A stretch of 64,000 nt of DNA from the NCBI GenBank assembly GCA_049317985.1, contig JBMOHF010000001.1:25605-89604 (forward strand), written 5' to 3'. The notes under the pieces are model-generated. The model was not told the DNA's origin. It searched no databases and was given only the letters and a program-made list of their open reading frames with translations. Position numbers and translations under genes: made by a program. Positions 17,123-25,682 of the stretch are shown piece by piece (the first letter of the stretch is position 1; each line of letters starts with the position of its first letter). Origin of the DNA: Patescibacteria group bacterium. GTDB lineage: Bacteria > Patescibacteriota > Patescibacteriia > Patescibacteriales > UBA12465.

Positions 17123-19483
17123 ATGTCAACTGTAACCTATCTAATATTTTTTATTCTCGCCTTTGCTTTAAGCGCCGTCTCGGTGCCTGTTTTGCGTTTT
17201 TTGGCGTTTCGTTACGGTATTCTTGACTCTCCCGGTGAAAGAAAAATTCACCATCAATCGATGCCTTTGATGGGTGGGGTGGCGATATTTTTTAGTTTTT
17301 TTCTGGTCTTATTTCTCAGTCGTTCTCATCTTTTCCCGAGCGCTCTTTCAGCGCATCATTGGTTGGGATTCTTTTTTGGGGCATTTTTTTTGATAATCGG
17401 CGGTGTTTTAGATGATAAGTATAATCTTAAGCCAAAATGGCAGATTATTTTTCCGTTGTTGGCAGTAGCCGCAGTCTTACTCGGCGGCATCGAAATTCCG
17501 AAAATTAGTAATCCCTTCGGAGGACTAGTGTATTTAAATTGGGGTCTACTTTCTGGCACCTTAATCACCTTTTGGTTATTAGGAATGATGTATACCACCA
17601 AGCTGTTAGATGGCGTAGACGGGCTTGTTTCTGGTCTTGGCTTAATCGGTTCTTTGATAATTTTTTTGTTTACCATCACTACCCGCTATTATCAGCCTGA
17701 CATCGCTTGGGCTGCTTGGATTTTTGCGGGGGCAGTAGCCGGTTTCCTCGTATTTAATTGGCATCCCGCTTCCATTTTCTTGGGAGAAGGAGGTTCATTA
17801 TTTGTCGGTTATGTTTTGGGAGTCTTAGCAATTATTTCTGGCGGAAAGATTGCGATTGCCTTGTTAATTATGGGCGTGCCAATCCTTGATGTTGCTTGGA
17901 CAATTATTCGTCGCTTAGCCAAAAAGAAAAACCCTTTTCGATTTGCCGACAAAAACCATCTCCACCACCGTCTTCTTGCCGCTGGACTTAATCAAAAACA
18001 AACCGTTTTAATTTTCTATTTATTATCTTTTTGTTTTGGTATTAGTGGCTTATTTTTGCAAAGCCGCGGGAAAACCATTGCTTTGATTCTGGTTTTTTTG
18101 TTGATGTTGTTGTTGGTTGCTCTCTTATCCCGTTTAAAAAAAGCCAAGCCAAAACTACTTTTGCATGTTTGTTGTGCACCTTGTGCCGCTTACATTACGC
18201 ACGCAAAACTAATGAGTCGCTTTAATGTTTCTTGGTATTTTTATAATTCTAATATTTACTCTCGGGAAGAATATCAAAAACGATTAGCTTCAGTCAAAGC
18301 TTTTTGTCGAAAATATGGGATAAAGTTAATCACTGAAGCTTATGACCACCAAGGGTTCTTGTCGTCAATTATTGGACGAGAAAGTGACCTAGAACGAGGG
18401 GGTCGTTGTTTAATCTGTTACCTCGATCGTTTAAAAAAGACCGCAGAGTTAGCTTCCCATAAAAAATATCACTATTTTTCCACCAGTTTACTAACCAGCC
18501 CCTACAAGAGGACCGCTGAAATATCTGAAATGTGTTTTGATTTAGCGAAGCAATTTAATATAAAGTATCTTGATGAAGATTTTCAGATTGATAATGGATA
18601 TCGACTATCTCAAGAGTTTGCAAAGAAAGAAGGCTACTATCGGCAGAAATTTTGTGGCTGTGAATTTTCAAAAAAAAGTTCAGTGGTTGTCGCTTTGGTA
18701 TTTGCGGTTTTAATTAGTTTTATTCATTCTGCAAAAGTAAGTGCGGCCGACGAATCTTTTCTTCAAGAAAGTTCTTCTAGTTCAGAAGCAGTATTAGTTC
18801 AAAATACTGTTTTAGATTCCGATAATGATGGACTAAGTGACCAAGACGAAATTAAGTACTTAAGTGATGAAAATAATTCCGACACCGATAGTGATGGCTA
18901 TCTGGATGGCGTCGAAATAAAAAATAATTATTCGCCTTTATTTGCTAATAAGAAATTATCGCAGGTTGATTCCGACAAGGATGGTTTAAGCGATTATTTG
19001 GAGATAGCTTTTAAGACGAATCTCGGAAAAAGCGATACCGATGGCGATGGCATTTCTGACTTCAAAGAGATCGACTCTGGTTTTGATCCGTTATCTCCCG
19101 TAAAAGATCAAAGATTACCTCTGCGTGTAGAAATTACCCTTAAAACTCAAAGATTATCTTTTTTGGTAGGTGGTATTAAATGGAAAGAATTTGTGGTTTC
19201 AAGTGGAAAGGCGAGCACGCCAACGCCAAAAGGGAAATTTAAAATTACCAATAAATCAGTAAAGGCTTGGTCAAAATCTTTTGGTCTCTGGATGCCTTAT
19301 TGGATGGGCTTGGGTGATGGGAAAGTTGGACTTCACGAATTACCAGTCTGGCCAAATGGTTACCGAGAGGGGCTTAATCATCTTGGAACGCCAGTCTCGC
19401 ATGGTTGTGTGCGTCTAGGTCTTAATGATGCCAAATATCTTTATGAACGCTTATCAGTTGGGACTGATGTGCTAATTAAATAA
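17123..19483 (+). CDS. Four-module fusion: MraY/WecA-like polyprenyl-phosphate sugar-1-P transferase, QueH (DUF208), TM helix with TSP3 repeats, and YkuD L,D-transpeptidase
   Basis: GT4 motifs VLDDKYNL, LLDGVDGL, FLGEGGS, VPILDVAWTIIRR and NHLHHRL. QueH pattern LLLHVCCAPC, GGRCLICY, TSLLTSPYK and YRQKFCGCEFS. Four DxDxDGxxDxxE repeats. YkuD motif GTPVSHGCVRL. The ATG at 17123 is preferred to the TTG at 17102. Confidence 0.8.
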   Translation: MSTVTYLIFFILAFALSAVSVPVLRFLAFRYGILDSPGERKIHHQSMPLMGGVAIFFSFFLVLFLSRSHLFPSALSAHHWLGFFFGAFFLIIGGVLDDKYNLKPKWQIIFPLLAVAAVLLGGIEIPKISNPFGGLVYLNWGLLSGTLITFWLLGMMYTTKLLDGVDGLVSGLGLIGSLIIFLFTITTRYYQPDIAWAAWIFAGAVAGFLVFNWHPASIFLGEGGSLFVGYVLGVLAIISGGKIAIALLIMGVPILDVAWTIIRRLAKKKNPFRFADKNHLHHRLLAAGLNQKQTVLIFYLLSFCFGISGLFLQSRGKTIALILVFLLMLLLVALLSRLKKAKPKLLLHVCCAPCAAYITHAKLMSRFNVSWYFYNSNIYSREEYQKRLASVKAFCRKYGIKLITEAYDHQGFLSSIIGRESDLERGGRCLICYLDRLKKTAELASHKKYHYFSTSLLTSPYKRTAEISEMCFDLAKQFNIKYLDEDFQIDNGYRLSQEFAKKEGYYRQKFCGCEFSKKSSVVVALVFAVLISFIHSAKVSAADESFLQESSSSSEAVLVQNTVLDSDNDGLSDQDEIKYLSDENNSDTDSDGYLDGVEIKNNYSPLFANKKLSQVDSDKDGLSDYLEIAFKTNLGKSDTDGDGISDFKEIDSGFDPLSPVKDQRLPLRVEITLKTQRLSFLVGGIKWKEFVVSSGKASTPTPKGKFKITNKSVKAWSKSFGLWMPYWMGLGDGKVGLHELPVWPNGYREGLNHLGTPVSHGCVRLGLNDAKYLYERLSVGTDVLIK

Positions 19484-19493
19484 ATTTTTTAAT

Positions 19494-20255
19494 ATGTTTT
19501 ATCTTCGTTTAAGTGTCTTACTCTTACCAATCTTAACCTTGGTTTGTTCTCAGTTTTTAATATTTTTTCCAAATATTTTTTTTCTAGTCTTAATTCTAAT
19601 TCCTGGCATGATTGCTTTTTGGTGTTTTTCCTTATTAAAAAAGAAAAAAACTAATATCAACCAGTGGTGGAAATATTCATTATTACCAGTAATTTTTCAT
19701 CTTTCTTCAATCTTGTATTTTTCGATTACCCCAAACCTTTTTGTTGGTCAGCTAGTTTTATTGTTTAATACTTGGTTTCAGTTTAATTATTTAAAAAACA
19801 TTTATTATTTATTAGCAAGCTCGGAAATCAAAGAGGAGCAACTAAAAAATATTTCTTTTTTTGGTGGGGTTGCTGTGATATTTTTTTCAGCAAGCGCTGC
19901 CTATGGTCTTAGAGTTTTCCTTGGTTATCCCATAATTCCTATTCTCTTGGGGCTCTTGGTTTTCTTGTCCGCAGCATGGTATCAGATTTTTATTTTTTCC
20001 AATCTTTCTATTAAAAAAAATCTAGATTTTTTTCTTATCGCCTTATTGATTCTTTCACAATTTGCCACCGTCCTTTTTTTCTTGCCTTTTAATTACCAAT
20101 TATTAGGGATGATTATGACAATAACTTTTTATTTTGTTGTCGGCGTTGGGCGTTTTTATTTACAAGGTGAGATTCCCGAGAAGCGTCTTCGTTATTATTT
20201 ATTGTTTTCAACTCTTGCAGTATTTCTTTTAGTTTTGACGGCTCGCTGGTTATAG
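19494..20255 (+). CDS. Hypothetical polytopic membrane protein
   Basis: 253 aa with about 7-8 hydrophobic helices. It starts 10 nt after the fusion gene. Confidence 0.6.
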   Translation: MFYLRLSVLLLPILTLVCSQFLIFFPNIFFLVLILIPGMIAFWCFSLLKKKKTNINQWWKYSLLPVIFHLSSILYFSITPNLFVGQLVLLFNTWFQFNYLKNIYYLLASSEIKEEQLKNISFFGGVAVIFFSASAAYGLRVFLGYPIIPILLGLLVFLSAAWYQIFIFSNLSIKKNLDFFLIALLILSQFATVLFFLPFNYQLLGMIMTITFYFVVGVGRFYLQGEIPEKRLRYYLLFSTLAVFLLVLTARWL

Positions 20256-20310
20256 TTTTTTGATTCCAATTTTCATGGTACAATTGTTTTAGTTGTTATA
20301 ATATAATTAT

Positions 20311-21558
20311 ATGAATAAAGATAAAAAAAATATTAGTAAAAAAGATAAAATTAACCTGCAACAAAAATTAGTTAGTGAGGAAAAATATCCAGCTTTCAGC
20401 TCTTCCTTTGTGACGATTATTTCTTCCGCATTAATTTCTCTTGTCGTTGGATCGATTGGTTGTCTCTTAGTTGTGCCGTATTTTATTAATCCCCAGTCTG
20501 GTTCAGATGTGCAGATTTCAGATTATAATTGGGGTGGGAATGGTTTAGTGATTCGCGATCCAAAAACGGTGGTTGTTAATCAGGATCTGAAAGTTGAAGA
20601 AAGCCTCAACTCCATCTCCAAGAGTATGATTAAATTTTATCCAAATCTCCAAGCTTCTTCCTCAGATTCTTTAATTAAAAAAATCGATGAAAAGAAGTAC
20701 TATTTACTAAAGGAACCATTTTCAGCGGGTTTGATTATGTCTGTTGATGGTTGGGTCTTGGCTCTGTGGCCAGCCAAACAAACAGAGGTGGATCTCAAAA
20801 AAATAATTAACAATTTCGAAGGTCTCAGTTCTGAAGGAAAAACATATCGTATTGATAAAGCTACTCTCGTTGAAAAAATACTTGATGAAAAATTGCCTTC
20901 AAACGTCACACCAGTTCTTATTCATTTATCTTCCGCTAGTAATTTACCAGTAAGGAGTTTAGCAAAACCGGCTGATTTAAAAGTTGGTCAGTCTCTATTT
21001 TCTTATAATGGTGCTCGGGGTGTTAATTTTGGTTTTTTAATTGGCCGCGAAAAGACCGAGTTGCTTCGATCTAGTGAGGACTCGTCGGAAGAGTTGAGTG
21101 TAAATTTTGAATTGACGCCAGTATCTGGATCTAGTTTCATTTTTAATCTCGCGGGAGATCTATTGGCTTGGCAAAATTCGAACGGAAAAGTTTTTCCGGT
21201 TTATGCCTTAAATGCGAGATTAAACTCCTTGTTTAAGTTGGGACGTTTTTCTACACCATTATTTGGTGTTAATTATTATAATTTATCAGATTTAAAAATA
21301 CCTGGGTTCAATCAAGATAAAGGAGCTCTTCTTTATTCTTCTGGGAAAAGCATGGCTGTCAATCTAGGTAGTCCTGCAGAGAAAGCAGGACTAAAAAATG
21401 GCGATTTAATTCTCGAGGTGAATGGAGAAGTGATCAACGGTAATAATGATCTTGGCGCAATTATTCAAAATTACCTTCCTGGGCAAGATTTATTGATTTC
21501 CTATTCTCGCTCAGGAGTAAATCTGGAAACTTCTTTACGTTTGGGTGAGCTAAAATAA
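20311..21558 (+). CDS. HtrA-like membrane-anchored PDZ protein, catalytic triad not evident
   Basis: N-terminal TM helix and C-terminal PDZ (GSPAEKAGLKNGDLILEVNGEVI). The trypsin-fold region aligns loosely, but the His and Asp motifs are absent (DGWVLALWPA, PVLIHL) and GNSGGP reads SGSSF. Confidence 0.55.
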   Translation: MNKDKKNISKKDKINLQQKLVSEEKYPAFSSSFVTIISSALISLVVGSIGCLLVVPYFINPQSGSDVQISDYNWGGNGLVIRDPKTVVVNQDLKVEESLNSISKSMIKFYPNLQASSSDSLIKKIDEKKYYLLKEPFSAGLIMSVDGWVLALWPAKQTEVDLKKIINNFEGLSSEGKTYRIDKATLVEKILDEKLPSNVTPVLIHLSSASNLPVRSLAKPADLKVGQSLFSYNGARGVNFGFLIGREKTELLRSSEDSSEELSVNFELTPVSGSSFIFNLAGDLLAWQNSNGKVFPVYALNARLNSLFKLGRFSTPLFGVNYYNLSDLKIPGFNQDKGALLYSSGKSMAVNLGSPAEKAGLKNGDLILEVNGEVINGNNDLGAIIQNYLPGQDLLISYSRSGVNLETSLRLGELK

Positions 21559-21565
21559 ATTTTTT

Positions 21566-22756
21566 ATGAAAATAAAATCAATCAGACAGATTAAAAATTT
21601 AAAGGATAAGATAGTTTTGCTCCGAGTCGATTTTAACGTCCCAATCAAGGATCGGAAGGTTAGGGAAGACTATAAGATTAAGATGTCTTTACCAACTATC
21701 GAATATTTATTAAAAAAAGGAGCAAGGGTTGTGGCGATGAGTCATTTAGGTGCCCCAAAAGGAAAAATCAACCCAGACCTTTCATTACTGCCGATCTCTA
21801 AGTGTCTACAGAAGCTGTTGACGAGCAGAGCATATAAAAGAAAAATATTTTTTGCTTCAAGTGTGGTTGGAGTAAAAGTGTGCGAAGAAATCAAGGCATT
21901 GAAGTCTGGCGAGCTGATTCTTTTGGAGAATCTTCGTTTTGAAATTGGAGAAGAGAAAAATGAAAACATTTTTGCTAAAAAATTAGCGTCTCTGGGTGAC
22001 CTCTATGTGAATGATGCCTTTGCGGTTTCTCATCGCGATCAAGCATCAGTTTCAGGAATTAAGAAATTTCTACCAAGTTACGCCGGTCTTCTTTTAGAAA
22101 ATGAAGTTTTAGCGCTCTCAAAAATAATTAAACCAAAACAACCTTTGGTCGCGGTAATGGGAGGGGCGAAAGTTGATACAAAAGCTCCATTAATTGAAAA
22201 AATGCATAAGAAGGCCGAATTTGTTTTGATTGGCGGCGCTTTGGCTAATAATTTTTTTAAAGCCCTTGGCTATGAGGTTGGCGCTTCGTTGACCGATGAC
22301 GCTAGCTTAGTTTTTGCTAAGAAGTTTATTAAGAGAGGTAAGCTTGATTCCAAGATTATCTTGCCGGTTGATGTTGTGGTCTTGAATTCCGGGAAAACTA
22401 TTGTAAAATTGGTTGCCAGTTTAAGCAAAAAAGATCGAATAGTAGATATTGGTCCAAAGACCATCGAATTATTTGCCCCGATTATCAATAAGGCCGCAAC
22501 AATTGTTTGGAATGGCCCAATGGGCTGTTTTGAGGAGAAACCCTCTTCCTTTGGTACTTTGGCAGTGGGTCGCTTAATTGCTGCTCGTTCAAAAGGATCG
22601 GCCTGGGGAGTTGTTGGCGGTGGTGAAACCGTGGAAGCAGTCAAGCTCACGAAAATGTCTGAATATATTGATTGGGTCTCCACGGCTGGAGGAGCAATGC
22701 TTTCTTATCTTGGTGGTGAAAAAATGCCTGGCTTAAGCAAACTTGTTAGCAAATAA
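21566..22756 (+). CDS. pgk: Phosphoglycerate kinase
   Basis: Motif RVDFNVP, full length of 396 aa, and C-terminal GGGETVEAV. Confidence 0.9.
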   Translation: MKIKSIRQIKNLKDKIVLLRVDFNVPIKDRKVREDYKIKMSLPTIEYLLKKGARVVAMSHLGAPKGKINPDLSLLPISKCLQKLLTSRAYKRKIFFASSVVGVKVCEEIKALKSGELILLENLRFEIGEEKNENIFAKKLASLGDLYVNDAFAVSHRDQASVSGIKKFLPSYAGLLLENEVLALSKIIKPKQPLVAVMGGAKVDTKAPLIEKMHKKAEFVLIGGALANNFFKALGYEVGASLTDDASLVFAKKFIKRGKLDSKIILPVDVVVLNSGKTIVKLVASLSKKDRIVDIGPKTIELFAPIINKAATIVWNGPMGCFEEKPSSFGTLAVGRLIAARSKGSAWGVVGGGETVEAVKLTKMSEYIDWVSTAGGAMLSYLGGEKMPGLSKLVSK

Positions 22757-22760
22757 AAAT

Positions 22761-24035
22761 ATGTCAAAAATAAAAAAAATTAGTGCTCGAGAAATTTTAG
22801 ATGGACGGGCTTATCCAAGTCTCGAGGTAAAAATCGTTTTAGATAATGGCATCGAGACAAAAGTCTCGGCACCTTCTGGGATTTATCACAACACTTTTGA
22901 ACCAAAAGAGCTATTGGATGAGATTTCTAATGATTACTTGGTTCCAGGTGTTTTGAGAGCAATTAAGATGGTTGAGACCGTGATATTTCCAGCGCTTAAG
23001 GGAATGAATCCGGCTCATCAACAAGAGATCGATGACTTGCTTTTAGCCCTTGATGGCACCGAGGACAAGAGTCATCTCGGTGTCAACACTATTTTTGCTG
23101 TTTCGGTAGCTTGCGCACGCGTCTCAGCAATAAATGAAAAAATCGAACTTTATACCTATTTGGAAAAATATTTTAAATTGTCACCAAGCAAATATTTACC
23201 GAAGCCAATTTTTACAATGTTTAATGGCGGTTTATATGCTGACACAAATTTAGATTTTCAGGAGTATCTTCTTTTGGCAAAAAGCAACGAAGTTAAAGAG
23301 AATGTTTTGTTAGGAAGAGAAATATATCACAGTCTTGGTCGGATACTTCGAGAAAATGGTTTTGATGCTGATACTGGCACGGAAGGAGGCTATGCTCCAA
23401 ATTTGGATTCAAGCATCCAGGCCCTTGAAATGATTCGAGCGGCAGCTATTAATTCTGGTTATTCAAACGGGAAAGACTTTTCTTTGGGAATTGACCTCGG
23501 GGCATCATTGTTTTTTGATAAAAATGAAGATAAATATATTTTTGCCGCCGGTCATCATTTGATTAGCAAAAATAATCTAGCCGGTCTTTATCAGGAGTGG
23601 TTTTCGGCCCAAGGCGTTGACTATCTTGAAGATCCCTTAACGGAAGATCGATTCGCAGATTGGCGAGAGTTGACGGCTTCAATGGGTGGTAAGGCAATAA
23701 TTGCCGGTGACGATCTTTTTTCTTCTCAGATTAGCCGTTTACGTCAAGGCTTGAAAGAAAAAGCCGCTAATGCTATGGTGATAAAACCAATTCAGGTCGG
23801 TACACTTAGTGAGGCGGTTGAATGTGTTAAGTTAGCGAAAAAATACGGTTATCAAATAGTTGTTTCAGCTCGTGGCGGCGAAACTAATGATGATTTTATT
23901 GTTGATTTTGCAGTTGCGGTTGGCGCCGATTGGTTAAAGTCAGGTGCTCCGGCACGTGGTGAAAGAGTTGCTAAGTATAACCGCCTTTTAGAAATTGAAA
24001 TATTATGCCAAGAGAATCATCAGTTACAAAAATAA
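22761..24035 (+). CDS. eno: Enolase-family protein (divergent active-site loops)
   Basis: N-terminus MSKIKKISAREILD. Motifs GTEGGYAPN, YLEDP, AGDDLF, VIKPIQVG and AKYNRLLEIE are present. Three loops are atypical (PSGIYHN, NGGLYAD, SARGGETND). The ATG at 22761 is preferred to the TTG at 22743. Confidence 0.8.
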   Translation: MSKIKKISAREILDGRAYPSLEVKIVLDNGIETKVSAPSGIYHNTFEPKELLDEISNDYLVPGVLRAIKMVETVIFPALKGMNPAHQQEIDDLLLALDGTEDKSHLGVNTIFAVSVACARVSAINEKIELYTYLEKYFKLSPSKYLPKPIFTMFNGGLYADTNLDFQEYLLLAKSNEVKENVLLGREIYHSLGRILRENGFDADTGTEGGYAPNLDSSIQALEMIRAAAINSGYSNGKDFSLGIDLGASLFFDKNEDKYIFAAGHHLISKNNLAGLYQEWFSAQGVDYLEDPLTEDRFADWRELTASMGGKAIIAGDDLFSSQISRLRQGLKEKAANAMVIKPIQVGTLSEAVECVKLAKKYGYQIVVSARGGETNDDFIVDFAVAVGADWLKSGAPARGERVAKYNRLLEIEILCQENHQLQK

Positions 24036-24874
24036 GCGACGAGCCTCTCAGTACAAAGCCATTGGTGGTCTTTTTGTTGTTGGATGGCTGGGGTATTGCG
24101 CCCGAAGGTGACGGTAATGCAATTGGACATAAAAACTCAAAAACTTTTTCGAGGTTGTTATCAGAATATCCAGCAGGAGTTTTAAGGGTAGGTGAATTAT
24201 CAGAAACGAGAAGATATCAAATATTAGGTGCCAATAGTCAATTTACTTCTTATCTAGCAGAACAAGGAGTTAATCAGATTTACTTAACAGAAAGTGAAAA
24301 ATCGTCAGCTGTTCTTGGTTGTTTTGTTGGTTCTCAAAATATTCACAAAGTTGAAAACAGAATTATTTCTTCGCCAGTTTGTGATTCTTATGACGTAGAA
24401 CCAGAAATGTCTCTCGATGAACTTGGGCGGGCAACGGTTAAAGTTATTAGAGAAAATAATTCCGGATTCATCTTAATCAGTATTGCTAATTTAGATCTGG
24501 TTTCTTTAAGTGGAAATTTGGAGATTGTTAAAAAAACAGTGGCCAAGGTTGATTCTTTTTTGGGAAAAATTACCGAGGAGGTGTTATTAAAAAAAGGCGT
24601 GTTATTGATTTCTGCCGCAGGTGGAAATGTTGAAAGAATGTTTGATGTTCGTACAGAATTAGTAGACAAAGAAAGTACCTCGAATCATGTACCACTACTT
24701 GTGGTTGGGGATGATTTCAAGGGGCGCTCTTTGTTTGATAATGATGCTCCGGGTGGTGATTTAAGCCTCCTTGAGCCGCAAGGAGGAATAGAAGATATCT
24801 CGGCGACACTACTTGGGTTACTGAATCTCAAAAAACCAGAAGGTTTTATTGGCAAAAATTTGTTAGAAAAATAA
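24005..24874 (+). CDS. iPGM-like phosphatase-core-only protein, predicted catalytically degenerate
   Basis: The N-terminus LLLDGWG and the C-terminal half align to cofactor-independent phosphoglycerate mutase. The ~230-aa transferase domain and MGNSEVGH are missing. NPDMVGH reads NLDLVSL and ADHGN reads AAGGN. The start is uncertain and overlaps eno by 31 nt. Confidence 0.6.
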   Translation: MPRESSVTKISDEPLSTKPLVVFLLLDGWGIAPEGDGNAIGHKNSKTFSRLLSEYPAGVLRVGELSETRRYQILGANSQFTSYLAEQGVNQIYLTESEKSSAVLGCFVGSQNIHKVENRIISSPVCDSYDVEPEMSLDELGRATVKVIRENNSGFILISIANLDLVSLSGNLEIVKKTVAKVDSFLGKITEEVLLKKGVLLISAAGGNVERMFDVRTELVDKESTSNHVPLLVVGDDFKGRSLFDNDAPGGDLSLLEPQGGIEDISATLLGLLNLKKPEGFIGKNLLEK

Positions 24875-24913
24875 ATTTAAATATTCATTCTTTAAAAACG
24901 AAGGAGGTTTTCC

Positions 24914-25111
24914 ATGGAGAAAGTAATTAAAAAACAAAAAGCGAAAAGCTTGAGTGCTATTTTAAAAAAATCACCAGGAAATGACCCTGGTATAGAAAGA
25001 GAAGGTTCTACAAGTATTGTGGAAATCAGTGATCCAGTCGAAGGAGTGTCTTTCGCTGGCAGAATTCTCAAACAAAGTAAGGTATTTTTGGATATTGCCG
25101 CTTTTTTTTAA
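24914..25111 (+). CDS. Small hypothetical protein (65 aa)
   Basis: Strong Shine-Dalgarno AAGGAGG 6 nt before the ATG. Terminator hairpins follow immediately. Confidence 0.5.
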   Translation: MEKVIKKQKAKSLSAILKKSPGNDPGIEREGSTSIVEISDPVEGVSFAGRILKQSKVFLDIAAFF

Positions 25112-25153
25112 GCGGACTTTTTTCCTGTTTTTCTTTTCTTGTTTCTACTTTGC

Positions 25154-25180
25154 CCCCTCCTGAAAATGGAGGGGTTTTTA
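25154..25180 (+). terminator. Rho-independent terminator
   Basis: Stem CCCCTCC/GGAGGGG, loop TGAAAAT, then TTTTTA. Confidence 0.75.
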
Positions 25181-25192
25181 TTAAAGATTACC

Positions 25193-25221
25193 AAAACAGA
25201 CTCGTTAAAGTCTGTTTTTTG
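25193..25221. terminator. Bidirectional rho-independent terminator
   Basis: Stem ACAGACT/AGTCTGT flanked by an A-run and a T-run. Confidence 0.65.
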
Positions 25222-25245
25222 AATTTCTTTTTAATTCCTTCTTTA

Positions 25246-25677
25246 TTAAATCAACCAGATTAGCAAACTAGTCACGAAGCCAATTAGTCCCCCAACAAAG
25301 GCTTCGAGTGGTGTGTGTCCAATATGTTCCAGTAATTGAGGATAAGAGCCTTCTTTGATGAACTCATCATTTTTTAGGTCCTTTACCAAAATATTCAGAG
25401 TCTTTCCGTGTTGGCCAAGATAGGTGCGAAGACCAACGGCGTCAGTAATCACAATTGAAGCAAGTACCGCTGAAACTGCAAATAGCGGGGAAGTTAGACC
25501 TTCCTTGAGGAAGATAATTGTTGCCAGAGCAATGGCGATTGCTGTATGCCCTGAGGGCATACTAGAATAAGCAAAAAAATCTTTTAGTTTTAATTTTTTA
25601 TGACGATTTTTCAGAAAAAATTTTAAACCTTGAGCGATAGTAAAGGCTAAAAATGGTGCTAATAAAAACTCGTACAT
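25246..25677 (-). CDS. Divergent PAP2 (DUF212/YuiD-like) membrane protein
   Basis: 143 aa with 4 helices and the motif SSMPSGHTA. Confidence 0.6.
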   Translation of the reverse strand: MYEFLLAPFLAFTIAQGLKFFLKNRHKKLKLKDFFAYSSMPSGHTAIAIALATIIFLKEGLTSPLFAVSAVLASIVITDAVGLRTYLGQHGKTLNILVKDLKNDEFIKEGSYPQLLEHIGHTPLEAFVGGLIGFVTSLLIWLI

Positions 25678-25682
25678 ATCAT

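Noticed and set aside
18815-19075. Nucleotide-level periodicity that might suggest a repeat array
   Set aside because: It lies inside a long ORF and corresponds to four thrombospondin-type-3 peptide repeats, not to CRISPR or non-coding tandem repeats.
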